Below, in pieces: positions 1 to 11,920 of a stretch of DNA of 64,000 bases (positions are counted from its first letter, which is position 1; every line of letters begins with the position of its first letter). The position numbers and the translations under genes were made by a program. The notes below the pieces were generated by a model that had not been told where the DNA came from, ran no database searches, and saw only the letters and a program-made list of their open reading frames with translations. This stretch comes from the human T2T-CHM13v2.0 reference genome, Homo sapiens: the NCBI RefSeq assembly GCF_009914755.1, contig NC_060938.1, one strand, 5' to 3'.

Positions 1-187
1 CAGATAATTCTTTGTTATGGGTGCAGGTTCTATGAATTGAAGGATGCTTAGTAACACCCCTGGCCTCTACTCACTATATAGCAATGCACCCCTTTCCAGT
101 TGTGACAACCAAAAATGTCTCCAGACATTGCCAGATGTCCCACAGGGGGACAAAACGGCCACCACCACCTGCCGTTAAGAACCACTG
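1..187 (-). mobile_element. MER20 hAT-Charlie DNA transposon (cut by window start)
   Basis: Reverse complement of MER20 core: TTGTGACAACCAAAAATGTCTCCAGACATTGCCAGATGTCC...TTAAGAACCACTG. Confidence 0.85.
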
Positions 188-269
188 CCCTGGTAGGAGA
201 TTTAGGCCTCCATTCAGGCCTCTAGATGGTTAGAGCTCTGCGAGGAGCTCCAGACTGAGCTCCTCACTG

Positions 270-360
270 CTTTGGTCACCTCTGTCTACTCAGCACTTAG
301 CACAGTGCCCGGCACATCATGGAGCCTAAATAATACTTGTCGAATGTTAGATGAATAAAT
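270..360 (+). mobile_element. L2 3' end fragment
   Basis: CAGCACTTAGCACAGTGCCCGGCACA...AATAATACTTGTCGAATG..ATGAATAAAT, typical L2 tail. Confidence 0.65.
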
Positions 361-646
361 ACACATATCACAATGCAGAATAGGCCAATAGCGAGGTATA
401 AATAGAACACTAGAAGAGTCCAGAAAAGGAATACACTGATACTGGAGGGATAGGGGCCCAGGAAGAAGAATTCCTGGAGGAGAGATTGTGGAAAAATGAG
501 GTTGAGGAAGGCATCTTAAGCAGAAATGCTCTGAGAGTGGATGAGGATGAGCTGGGAGATCAGTCGACCTGGAGTGTAGGGTGGGCAGAAGATCGGTTGA
601 AGATAGGGCAAAAAGAACTTGAACTCAGTTCATGGAAGGTCTGGAC

Positions 647-1445
647 ATGCAAGTTAAAACCACAGTGAAACGTCACCTCACTCCAGTAAGAATAGCTATC
701 ATCAAAAAGACAAAAGATAACAAGCATTGTCAAGGATGTGGAGTAAAGGGTACCCTTACACACTGTTGGTAGGAATATAAATTAGGACAACCATTATGGA
801 AAATAATATAGGGTTCCTCAAAAAGAAAAAAAATGGAACTACCATATCATCCAGCAGTACAACTACTGGGTGTATATTCAAAGGAAATGAAGCCAGTATG
901 TCAAAGTGATATCTGCACCCCTGTATTTATTGCAGCACTATTCACAATAGCCAAGATACGGAATCAACCTAAATGTCTATGTGTGAACACACATGTGAGA
1001 TGATTAATGGGTATATTATTAATTGTGCTATAGTTTATAAGAGAAGAAGGTTGGAACCAACATAAATGTCCACCCTACGGAATTGGTTAGATACACAACC
1101 ATAGCAAAGAATAAAGCGGCTGTTCATGTAAATATGGAATGACCACCAAGAGCTATTGTTGAATGAAAGAAGCAAAGTGCCAAACAGTGGCAAAACATGT
1201 TACCATTTTCATATCATTATGATAAAAAAATGAAGGATGAAATTTCAGAAAGTGTATTTATAGATGCCTAAAATATTTCTGGAGTGTACACAACTTGATG
1301 AAATTGGTTGCTATTGGGAAAGGAATTCAGTTGCTGGAGGTCTGGGGCAAAAGGAGAATTCTTATTATGTATATGCTTTTGAATTCTTTGAATTTAGAAC
1401 TTGAAAATGTACTACCTATGCAAAGAAATTAAATTTAAAATATTA
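647..1445 (+). mobile_element. Old L1 (L1MA/L1M-type) ORF2 end and 3' UTR fragments
   Basis: ATGCAAGTTAAAACCACAGTGAAA...ATCAAAAAGACAAAAGATAACAAG...TTATTGCAGCACTATTCACAATAGCCAAGAT; followed by more degenerate L1M 3' UTR-like sequence. Confidence 0.8.
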
Positions 1446-1677
1446 AAAGTGATTGTCCACAAATGATTTCAGTTCAATTCCTGATATGTTTCTAGGTATA
1501 ACAACAACAAGAACCAACAACCTCAAGCAAACGTGTTATTTATAACCCAAGCTGCCTTCTAAGGGAAGTCATTGCCCATGGAGAGTGAGTCTCCTTGTTC
1601 TGCTGAGCATAGCAATTGTTTCTACACGTGAATTTGGGGGTAGGTGCAGAATTTCTCTGCATAAGAAAGAGATTCTT

Positions 1678-1769
1678 CCCAGGAGGCGGCGGTTGCTGTA
1701 AGCTGAGATCCCGCCATTGCACTCCAGCCTGGGAGACAAGAGCAAAACTCCGTCTAAAAAAAAAAAAAA
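1678..1769 (+). mobile_element. Severely 5'-truncated AluS (Sp/Sq-like) with poly(A) and TSD
   Basis: CCCAGGAGGCGG..CACTCCAGCCTGGGAGACAAGAGCAAAACTCCGTCT + A14; TSD AAAGAGATTCTT (1666-1677) / AAAGAGGTTCTT (1767-1778). Confidence 0.9.
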
Positions 1770-1969
1770 GAGGTTCTTAGGTTAATTTAAGAGAGAATAA
1801 GTGAGGAGGAAATTTGGGATGGGAGAGAGTAGAAGGAGATGTGATGAGAGTGAAAGGCTGGGTTTGCTACATGGGACAGAGATAGACTATAAAAAACTGA
1901 AGACCAGAGCAACCAGAATGAACTAGACAGAATTGTATATTGTTTTTCTTGGGTGCATAATGCGATGTT

Positions 1970-2135
1970 GCTTCGCTGTGATCCTCAAATCTTAATTATG
2001 GTACATGCAACAGTTCTGAACATCTTTCAAAGGGTTGTTGGGCAGACCAAATGCATCATTATACATAGGTGCTTTGAATAGTGCTTGATATATAGTAAGT
2101 ACTCAATGTCTTAGTTATTAATAATAATTATTACT
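1970..2135 (+). mobile_element. MIR 3' fragment
   Basis: AGGGTTGTTG...GCTTTGAATAGTGCTTGATATATAGTAAGTACTCAAT...TATTA. Confidence 0.6.
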
Positions 2136-3306
2136 ATTTGAACTTGTTTTGAAGGTGAGGATTTAGGAGAGTGGATACTTAGTTTGGGTCAATTCCAGAG
2201 TAGAGATCAATGGACAAGATGCAGAGTGAAAAACAAAATTACAGCAGAAGCTGGGAATTGGAGGTCAAAGATGATATAAGCATAAATATTTGAGGATCTG
2301 AGGAATTTTGAGGAGGGAGCTTAGGGCTTTGGGCTTTGATAAGAGGGCATGAATTCATCTTACCTAGATCTTAAGTGTCTGTGAAATCCCAGCTAACATC
2401 TGAGTTACAGAGCTAACAAGCACCCCAAGTTCCTATGGCTCTGATTACAAACGGACAGCAAAAATGTTCCCATATGCCCTGACTGAAACTCAGCACCTGC
2501 GTGATCCCGAAGTGGACACTGAGGAGGCTGTCAGGGAAGAATCTGATATTGAAATGAAGGTCATTGCTGCCCATCTAACATTTTATAGCTAGTTTTGTAA
2601 TATGGTCTATCATAATGAAAACCAATAGCACACTTACAGACTGTCATTATCCAAATTGTATAGAGATTGTTACTATGGTTTTGTAGGTTACAACAGTGAA
2701 TGTAGCTCCTGGAGGAGCCCACCCAGACATATCCTGCACTTCTGGGTGTCTGTTGGATATAGAAAGTAGAGGTCCGATTAGCCTCAAGGTCATTGCTGAG
2801 ACCAGAGTTTGCTGGGATTTGATGCGGTTATTTACAATGTTGTCTTCTAGGAGGTAGTGCCTTTAGGGAATTACGTAACACCACCAGCAGCTGTTGTGTA
2901 GATTTAAACTGAAATTGGGTTATAAGAAAATGGTTTTGGGAGTCAAAACACTTGGTGTTTCTTCCTGTCTCAATTATCTGATTGTTGTCATTAGAGCCCC
3001 CAAATTATTTAACTTAACTTTGTTCCTACAGCAGGTTTTGTGTCGTGGGAGGAATTTTTTAAAGCAAGAGTAACTGATTATTCATATTTATTTCCCTAGG
3101 ATATAATGTTACGTATGAGGGCAGCCTGAAATGATGATTTGGAATCAGAAAGCCTATGTTTGAGGGCTGGCTGTACCACTTAGCTGGCAAATTTGGGCTG
3201 TCCCATGAATCCCCACACACAGGATTTTCCTTTTTAAAGGTTTGCATTCTCTTTGTAAATGCTCATACCTCTGGGAAAGTGCCGTGCCTGAACCCTCCCA
3301 CCTTCT

Positions 3307-3395
3307 CTATCTATCCATCTATGTTTATGTATCTATGTATCTACCTACCTACCTACCTACCTACCTATCATCTATCTCTAGCTAAGCAATCTATC
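3307..3395 (+). repeat. Compound (TATC)/(CCTA)n simple repeat
   Basis: CTATCTATCCATCTATG...CTACCTACCTACCTACCTACCTACCTATC. Confidence 0.8.
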
Positions 3396-4229
3396 CTTTA
3401 CTGTTCATTAAATTCTTTTGTAAAAGCAATATCTGAGTAAGGAGGGCAACCAGAAGTGGTTGAGGCTGAACAGAACATTTCAGAGTCTTTCTGCCCTTGC
3501 CCTGGCTGGTGCTGATCTCCTGGTTTTCATACACAGGCTCTGGCCCTCCTTTCTAAACAAGGCATATCCTGGCAGCGGGAGAGCGTGGTAAGGAGATCTC
3601 AGTGGCATTGGCTGCTTACTTTAGAACTGAGCCTGTGCATTACAGACTGGGCAAGCTCATCTTGGATGGATCCCTGATCCATCCTGGAACACATCCACTA
3701 TGGCAACCTCATTCCATTTCACGTTCCAGGCATTTGTCAGAATGAACTCATAGGCTCCAAGATGGATCAGTGCCTCTGCTGGAGCCGCGAAATCTGACAG
3801 TTGGCAGCCTCCTTGCAAAGAGGGTCTCAGCAAGTCTGCTTAAACTGGGTGATTAAGCTCTCGGTTGTTCCCTGCTTTGGGCTAGTTCGTGTGCACTGGG
3901 TGGCCTGCCTAGCAGATTCATGCATTTGTTAATTCCACATGTATTAAGCACCCTCTGTGAGCTAGGTATTCTGAGCCACTGAATATAGAAAGGTGCCCAA
4001 GACCTCCTTGATCATCCTCATTCAGATGCAGTAGCTCTGCACTCATCTAGAGGTGGGTCTGAAACCTTCGTAACTTTTCAGGGCTACCCAGCTTAATACC
4101 AACATTAGTTAATTTAAAGTCCATGGAGAATTTCTTAAAATCCACTGTCTTTATATCATACTGTGTGTTAAATTTAGCTAAGGCTGACAAAGCAGCACCA
4201 GCCACGAAGTGAGGATGGGGCAGAGACAG

Positions 4230-4450
4230 TCATTGTGCACTGCCTTTTGCCGTGCGGGGGCCAAATCCTTTACATTGATTGTCTCACTGGAACCTTTATA
4301 GAACTCCACCAAGCAGACAAAGTAACCCCCATGTAGATGAGGACATTGAGTCTCAACAGTTATTTGCCTAAGCTCCTGTGGCTCTGTGTAGTGAGGATGA
4401 GGCTATGATGTGTGGAATCTGGGATGGTCTGATTTTCAAAGCCTAAATTT
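4230..4450 (-). mobile_element. MIR
   Basis: CCCCCATGTAGATGAGGACATTGAGTCTCA...TTTGCCTAAG..GTCTGATTTTCAAAGCC. Confidence 0.6.
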
Positions 4451-4580
4451 GCTCCTCAAGCTGCTTTCAAGAGCTGCTTGGAAGCAAACCTTTGTCCTCT
4501 GTGTGCCCCTGGCACTGGGCTTAATGAATGAATGAGTGAATGGTGAACCACTGATGGATGGGTTGCATCTTTGTTCACAA

Positions 4581-4874
4581 TTTTTTTTTTTGAGACGGAG
4601 TCTCATTCTGTTGCCCAGGATGGAGTGCAGTGGCACAATCTCGGCTCACTGCAACCTCCACCTCCCAGGTTCAAGTGATTACTCCCACCTCAGCCTCCTG
4701 AGTAGCTGGGATTACAGGCATGCACAACCATGCCTGGCTAAGTTTTGTATTTTTAGTAGAGATGGGGTTTCACCATGTTGGCCAGGATGGTCTCGATCTC
4801 TTGATCTCAAGTGATCCTTCTGCCTCGGCCTACGAGAGTGCTGGGATTATAGGCGTGAGCCACTGTGCCTGGCC
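4581..4874 (-). mobile_element. Full-length AluS (Sx/Sz-like)
   Basis: T11-GAGACGGAGTCTC...GTGAGCCACTGTGCCTGGCC, both arms present. Confidence 0.95.
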
Positions 4875-5278
4875 CACAAATGTGTGTTTGATGAGTTCTT
4901 GACGCTGGCATCTGCACAAACGGGATGGATGGAGACTCAGTTTTTGGGGTCATATCAATGAAAAGCAGGGATCACATTTTCTGTTTCTTTGATATTCTAT
5001 ATTCTGTTGATGCTATCTCAATACCTGTTAATACTCTTGCTGCCTGAACTCCTACCACTATTAGAAAGAGCTCAGGTCTCCGAAAGATCACACCACATCG
5101 GGTGAGACCCAGTGGAGGTTTTGAGCATTTGCTCAACTAGTGGAGGAATACTTCAGACTTTCTTCCTTTATCTGCGTCATCTTTACTGTCTGACAGAATT
5201 GAGAGATTACAAGGTCATTTCTAACTGTTTCTGGGACTTACTGCTGCTTCCTTCTCCACAGCAATTTAAAATCTGTCT

Positions 5279-5281
<3 letters not shown>

Positions 5282-5316
<35 letters not shown>

Positions 5317-5320
5317 ACAC
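5282..5320 (+). repeat. (CA)n microsatellite
   Basis: Direct observation. Confidence 0.95.
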
Positions 5321-5369
5321 CTTGTCTACAAACAAAAGTTTGTTTGCTCTATGTAGAAAAATGCCACCA

Positions 5370-5650
5370 GAGGGCTAATTTGGCAGCTTTGTTGATTACC
5401 CATTGTAATGAGCCTTATTACATAATTAAAAGAATTTTTTTCTTAAGTGCATTTCGCTACTAATTAACATTTTACACATTCTGCAGTGGACACTTTAAGT
5501 TGAATCAGAGACATAATTATGTCATTTCTATGCAAAGAGCAGCTTATGAATTTTTAATTAATATTAAATCTGTTGATTAAAGGCTAATTCATAAGTAAAC
5601 ATATTACAGCTCACCACGGATTGCTCTCTAGAAGCTTGCCTTTGTAATTT
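5370..5650. promoter_or_regulatory. Candidate enhancer / conserved non-coding element (homeodomain + FOX motif cluster)
   Basis: Non-repeat, at least a dozen TAAT/ATTA cores including TAATTA palindromes, plus GTAAACA at 5595-5601. Confidence 0.35.
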
Positions 5651-6075
5651 CTGTGGTCCCTTGTCCCTTGCTAAGTGTCGAGGACTAAAGAAAAGCTGCC
5701 CACACAGATTCCAGGAACAAAAGTAATCCATGTCGAACTCTGTCTGAATTTTTAACTACCAGTGAGCTTTCTGTGTTCCAGTTGCTTTTAAAGTTGGAAG
5801 CACTTGGAGGGAGGGTTCAAGTAGGCAATGGAAAGCAAGTTGGCCTCACTTGCGCTTTATTTTCTTAAGCACCAAACTGGAGAATTGTACCCTTATGATG
5901 CACAAGCAGCTTTGCTTCCTGTGGCCACATCAGCCTGGGTGCACTGAGGAATTGGAGGTTCGTATTGTGTCTGGGGCAGCCTCTCCTAGGAAAATCACTG
6001 GAACCTCAGCCAGCCCTCGGAGGGGGAGGAGTAAGCTCCTAGGTGCTCCTGAAGGAAAGCTGTCTTCTCAGCTAC

Positions 6076-6429
6076 GGATATGGTTTGGCTCTGTGTCCTC
6101 ACCTGAACCTCATCTTGAATTGTAGCTCCCATAATTCCCACGTGTTGTGGGAGGGACCCAGTGGGAGATAATTGAATCACGGGGCCAGTTTCCCCCATAT
6201 TGTTCTCATGGTAGTGAATGAGTCTCACAAGATCTGCGTTTTCTGAGGGGTTTCCCCTTCCACTTGGCTCTCATTCTCTCTCCTGCCACCCTGTGAAGAG
6301 GTGGCTTCTGCCATGATTGTGAGGCCTCCCCACCTACGTGGAACTGTGAGTCCATTAAACCTCTTTTTCTTTATAACTTACCCAGTCTTGGGTGTGTGTT
6401 TATCAGCAGTGTGAAAACGGACTAATACA
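6076..6429 (+). mobile_element. THE1 (THE1B/C-like) MaLR solo LTR
   Basis: GGATATGGTTTGGCT...GTGAAAACGGACTAATACA; perfect 5-bp TSD GCTAC (6071-6075, 6430-6434). Confidence 0.92.
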
Positions 6430-6984
6430 GCTACTTTGGGGAGCATTTCCACTGCCCCTTCCTTTTGGGTCCACCTCATGCCGGGGGTTCTGGCTGCCAA
6501 TGCCCTGGCCCTGGTCCTGGCTGCACTCACACAGGCTATGAATGTTGCACGTCTTACACGCTAGATGGCACAGAAATGGCCATCCTTCTCCTCAACAGTC
6601 AGCTGGCAAAACTTTTGAGGCCCTCCTTCCTTAGTCGCACCTTATTTGAGGCCACAAAACTGTTTTGCTTCATAATCCTGGTTTCTATTACACTTCTACC
6701 AGGCTGTCTGCCTTGGAGTTGGCATCCTTGTTTTAAGGCACTTGCTATTACTTGTAGATTGCTTCTCATTTCTCCTTCCTAAAGTTTACTTTAAGTAGCA
6801 AGTTTTTATTAGTTATTTCTGTGGAAGGCATAACAAAATCTTCAATGTAAATTCTATAAATTTCTACCTGACCATTTTACTCATTTACCATGGATTAGCT
6901 TTGATCTGTGCCTTGGCCTGGCAGTTCTTTCTGTAACCTGAGCTCCCTGTCCTATATCCACAGACTCACAGACTGTGTAAGAGC

Positions 6985-7010
6985 GTGTGTATGTGTGTGT
7001 GTGTGTGTGT
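6985..7010 (+). repeat. (TG)n microsatellite
   Basis: Direct observation. Confidence 0.9.
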
Positions 7011-7174
7011 TTTGCTTTCCTTGGTGGGAGGAGTCACTTCTGCTACTAGGAGGGTCCATGCTGAGAATGATTGTGTGGGACTGTGTTGCTTTCTACATCT
7101 CTGTTTAACAAATCCACCCTCCTCACACAATCTCATTGTTGACAACATTAGCACACAATATTATGTCATGTATT

Positions 7175-7350
7175 TGTATGTATTTAGTAAAGTTGTCCAC
7201 ATCTATCACCTCATTTGATCCTCATAATTCCCATGTAAGGGTAGAAAGTATTGTTATTCTGATTTTATCCAAAGGTAACTATGTCACAGAAAGGATAGTT
7301 GACTTGCCCATTGTCCTACAGCCGCTTACTTGTGAAGGCAGGAACAGACT
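7175..7350 (-). mobile_element. MIR
   Basis: CCTCATTTGATCCTCATAATTCCCATGTAAGGGTAG..ATTGTTATTCTGATTTTA..GACTTGCCCA. Confidence 0.65.
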
Positions 7351-7579
7351 CTTGTCCTTAACTGTTACTTCATTGTTGCTCTCAATCATATTATCCCAGA
7401 AACCCCTACCCTCAACCCCTCCATACCCGTATTCCCATCTGGTGCGAAGGAAATATGGAAAAGCTTAACCATAAGTCTTATGCTCTTGATCTCCCAATAC
7501 TTCTCCAACTTAGTTGATCAATTTTTGGGATAAAGGCTTCTTATGACTGAAGTGCAAACATATCAGAACTAATACTGTA

Positions 7580-7634
7580 CCATACCATACCATACCATAC
7601 CATACCATACCATACCATACCATACCATACCATA
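7580..7634 (+). repeat. (CCATA)11 pentanucleotide STR
   Basis: 11 uninterrupted CCATA units. Confidence 0.95.
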
Positions 7635-9427
7635 TTCATATCATCAAAGTCATTTACCCAGAGTGATTGAGTTTAGTGGTTTCTTTCCCAAAAGCATATT
7701 TTTCTAGATGTGAAAAAATCACATTGGCCTGAGTCCTACAGATTTGAGGATCCAAGATAGCTCTTCATGGTGGAGACAGCTTGTAACTGATCACTGGGGG
7801 CCATGAGGTTCTAGCCTGGCATAAGCTGGTTACGGAGCTGACGACTTGATCTTGAAGGGACGTTGCTGGCAACGAAGGCTCTGCTTGAGACCCAGTGACA
7901 GATGTGGGGGGCCAGACATTCTTTTATGCTGCCCTAGTCATGTACTATGATTCTTCTTCATTCCTTTCCTTAACTTTCAGACAAAATGTATCTCTAGATC
8001 CTGAGTCTAAGGGCCAAAGCTTTGTCATTAAAACTAGAATCCCAGCTTCGGCCTGAGGAAATCAGGCCACTCTGGCCTTATGTCTAGGAAATGATGCTGT
8101 CCCTCAGCCCTGTCTGGATTTTGTGATGCTGATCAAGTTACTGCAGTAAGAGGTCTCTTCATTCAAAAACAATTCTTAGCCCTCTGATCTGCTGTCCTGC
8201 CAGCTGCCACATTAGAGGCTCCTATGCTGATCCTCACACCTGGACTTCTTGGTTTGAGGATGTCACTTCCCCATAGATCATGACTATTTACCCGTGCTAC
8301 TTCCTTCTCTCCCCTCATTTCCTTTCAAGCCATGGACTGCCCAAGATGAGGACCTCAGAGTGGCTCAATCCAAACATTTCTATAAAATTCTAACAATTTC
8401 AACAGGGAAAGACATTGTTGAAAGTTTTTTCTTTCAACATATACAGAGATCAGATGTGGCCATATACTGTGCTATTAGTTTCCATTTGACTTTACAAAAA
8501 AATCTGGGTACACTGCTTTTTTAGACTCTTTCATAGCATCAAAGTTCTACAGGCATAGGGCCTGAAAATCACTATATGGTATACAATTGCTTATGCAGTG
8601 AATGAATGAATGAACCTGAAGTCTACAAATTTCAGCTCCTCAGGGCCCTAGTGACCCGCCCTCCCCTCCCTTACTCTTTCCTCTGTACTGGCACACTCAA
8701 TGCTTCTCCAATGCACCCAACCTCTATCAGCCCAAGATCTTCCTATACACACTTAACCCCCTGGAAAAGAGCCTAATCCAGAGGTCCAGGATGGAGTTTC
8801 TTCAGCCATCTGCAACTTACCCTGACCAGAGCTGCCCTTGGCAATGGGGACGGAGTTTAGGCCTTGGCAAAAAGCCCAGCTATCAACACTCCAGCCCCAG
8901 CTTAGGCCCAGAAAGAACAGAGGAGAGTTGTTGTAGGGCCTCAGAAGACTCTTCAACCCAACCCTGTACTTTCTCTGAAAGACAGCATGGATAAGGAAGT
9001 AACCCAGAAATCTACAGAGGGAAGAGTCTTAAAGGTTTACCAGGTAAGATTGGAAGAAAACTCTAAGCTCTTCTAGAATAGAGCCCAGTGTTCCTCATAG
9101 ACTTAGCATAGAACCAAACCTAGTGAGAATGATCTGGTGTTATTTTAATCCACTCTCTTACCTTTTGTCTCACTAGTCACTAGCCTCCAGCACTGACTTC
9201 ACATTAATTCTTCTAAAACATTTTCCTCCTTGTCCACGATTCAACCTGCATTTATATTCAGGATCAATTGCAAAGCTCAGCAGAGCCCACCTTTCTTCTC
9301 ACCTTTCATTGGATTACCTGGTCTTACCGGAGGCAATTCTGCAGCTCTGATTCACATCCCGGTGTGGGTCTGACCACTCAGACATCTGCAGCTAATCAGG
9401 TCACTGGTGATCTAGTAGAGAAGCGAA

Positions 9428-11001
9428 TTAGTTAGGGAGGGCTGAGCTGCTGTAACAAGATCCAGCAAAAATGTGTGGGTTCAGGAACATAGAAATTTAT
9501 TTATCTTTCACATCCAGGGAAATATTCCAAGTCAGTGGTTGACTCTCCTCATTATAGTCATGTGTTGCTCAGCACTGGGGAAATGCCTCCTTAGGTGACT
9601 TCTTTGTTGGAGAACATCATAGAGTGTACTTATAAAAACCTAGATGGTATAGCGTACTACATACCTAGGTTATCTGGTCTAGCACATTGCTTCTAGGCTA
9701 CAAACCTGTATAGCATGTTACTATCCTGAATATTGTAGGCAACTGTAACACAATGGTAAGTATATATCTAAGCACATCTAAATATAGGAAAGGTACAGTG
9801 AAAACACTGTATTAAAAGATAAAAAATGGCACACCTGTAGAGGGCACTTACCGTGAATGGAGTTTGCAGGACTGGAAGTTGCTCTGAGTGAACCAGCGAG
9901 TGCATGATGAGTGACTCTGCAGGCCTAGGACATTACCCTATACTACTGTGGACTATAAACACTGTACACTTGGGCTACACTAAATTTATAAAGGTATATT
10001 TTTTCTCTAATAAGTTTATTTTAACTTTTTAACTTTATAATATTTTTAATTTTCAATACCTTTTTGGCCCTTTATAATACTTAGCTTAAAACAGACACAT
10101 TGTACAACTGTATAACAATATTTTCACTCTTTGTATCTTTATCCTATAAGTTCTTTTCTATTTTAAAAATTTTGTTTCTGCTTTTTACTTTGTAAAATTT
10201 TGAAATTAAAAAACGAAGACACAAACACACACATTAACCTAGGCCTGTACAAGGCTAGGATCATCAATATCACTGTCTTCCACCTCTGCGTCTTGTCCAG
10301 TGGAGGGTCTTCAGGGCAATAATACATAGAACTGTCATTCCCTATGACAACAATGCCTTCTTCTGGAACACTTCCTGAAGGGCCTGCCTGAGACTGTTTT
10401 ATAGTTAACTTATTTTTTTTTAATAAGTAGGAGTACACTCTAATGATAAAATGTATAGTAAACACATAAGCCAGCAACATAGTCATTTATTATCATTATC
10501 AAGTATTAGGTACTGTATGCAACCTACCAGGCAGTAGGTTTGTGTACACCAGCATCACCATAAACAAGTGAGTAAGGCATTGCACTATGACTTTACAATG
10601 GCTACATCACTAGGCAACAGGAATTTTTTTAGCTCCATTATATTCTTATGTGACTACTGTTGTATATGTGGTCTGTGTTGATCAACATGTTATTATGCAG
10701 TGTATGACTGCATTTAGGGTCCCAGGCTGATGACAGCTCTGCCATCATCAACACCTGACTTCCGAGGTCACTTTGCTCTTTGCCTTTCCCACCACAAAAA
10801 AGAAAGCATAGGAGAGGTATAGCCTGATATTGAGCCTCCACAGCTTAGAAGTTACCCACATCACTTCCACTCGCATTTTGTAGTCCATTAGTCACACCTC
10901 TAAAACTGCAAAGCAGGTTGGGAAATGCAGTCCAGTTACTCGCCCAGTCACATACAATGAGAGGAATTGGGTTTTGTAAACAGCTAGCAATCTCTGCCAC
11001 A
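9428..11001 (-). mobile_element. Ancient MaLR/ERVL LTR (MLT1J/K- or LTR33-like), split by Tigger3b
   Basis: TTAGTTAGGG..GCTGCTGTAACAA.. left of the Tigger; CACATCACTTCCACTCGCATT..AACTGCAAAGCAGGTTGGGAAATGCAGT..CAGCTAGCAATCTCTGCCACA right of it. Confidence 0.65.
9555..10710 (-). mobile_element. Tigger3b (TcMar-Tigger) non-autonomous DNA transposon
   Basis: Termini TAGTCATG.../...TATGACTG with TA/CA flanks; internal CTAGGCTACAAACCTGTA, AATGCCTTCTTCTGGAA..CCTGAAGGGCCTGCCTGAG, CACCAGCATCACCA. Confidence 0.9.
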
Positions 11002-11429
11002 AGGAAGGAGAACACACACACATTGGAGACTGCAGATCACATGTTTGCAACATGAACCAAGGGAAGAGCAATTCTCAGTAGTGGCAAGCTGTGAAGGAGA
11101 TCAATTTCCAAAGACTCTAGGTACATATTTCTCTCTTATTGTGGTATTGAGGGATAGAGTTAACAGAGGAGATTTGAGGTTTGGGCACAGGCATGCATGC
11201 ATGTATGCATCCATCCGTCCATCCACGTATCCATTCTTACATTCAGTTAATTCTTTTGGAATGACATTAATGGAAACAGGCCAACAGTGTGTTGGGGCAG
11301 AAGTGCAAATGAGCTTGGCTGGAATGCAGGGCCCACGTTAGAGGTGTAAGTTGGAAAAGACACTTTCGAGGCTGATGGCATAGGGAGAAGAGACAGAAGA
11401 TCAGGACCACGATAGAAATTAGTTTCCAT

Positions 11430-11920
11430 GACAGAGAAGAGGAAACTTCTGTGTCATTGAGCTAGCCACTTAGTGTAGAATAATAGCAGGGAGAGATCAG
11501 AGAAATAGTAGAAAGAGATCAGAGGACAGGATGGAAGGCAATTGCCAAAAAAATTAGAGATAAGGTAATGAGTCCTGGATTAAGAATAGAACTATAAACA
11601 TAAAAAGGAAAGAAAATGAGCTGGACATGGTAATCGATCTGACATGAGACATGAGAAAAACGAATTTCTGTGCCTGTCATATCTGATGCCATTGCCAGAT
11701 GAAGAAACTGGGAGAAGAGGGTGGTGAAAAAGTGCTAAGTTTTCATATCCAAGTAAAGATATCCCATGGACAACTGGAATATAAAACTCAACAAAGAATG
11801 AGAAATTATGGCTAATAGTTAGAGGCTTGGGAGACATCTTCATATGAGCAATGTTGACATTTGTAGTGGGTAAATTAGGAATTGGTATAAAGATAGAAAA
11901 GAATAATTTGTCTTAGGATA
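11430..11920 (-). mobile_element. L2 fragments (degenerate)
   Basis: Purine-rich L2 antisense texture, e.g. GATGCCATTGCCAGATGAAGAAACTGGGAGAAG, ATATCCAAGTAAAGATATCC. Confidence 0.45.

Noticed and set aside
3664-3684. Perfect 9-bp hairpin GGATGGATC-CCT-GATCCATCC (similar one at 25112-25132)
   Set aside because: A few 9-bp inverted repeats are expected by chance in 64 kb; too short for a pre-miRNA.
4436-4902. ORFs with LECSG/ISAHCNL/GFHHVGQ motifs (also near 15.3, 40.2, 44.5, 46.0, 56.8 and 60.3 kb)
   Set aside because: Standard Alu translation artefacts.
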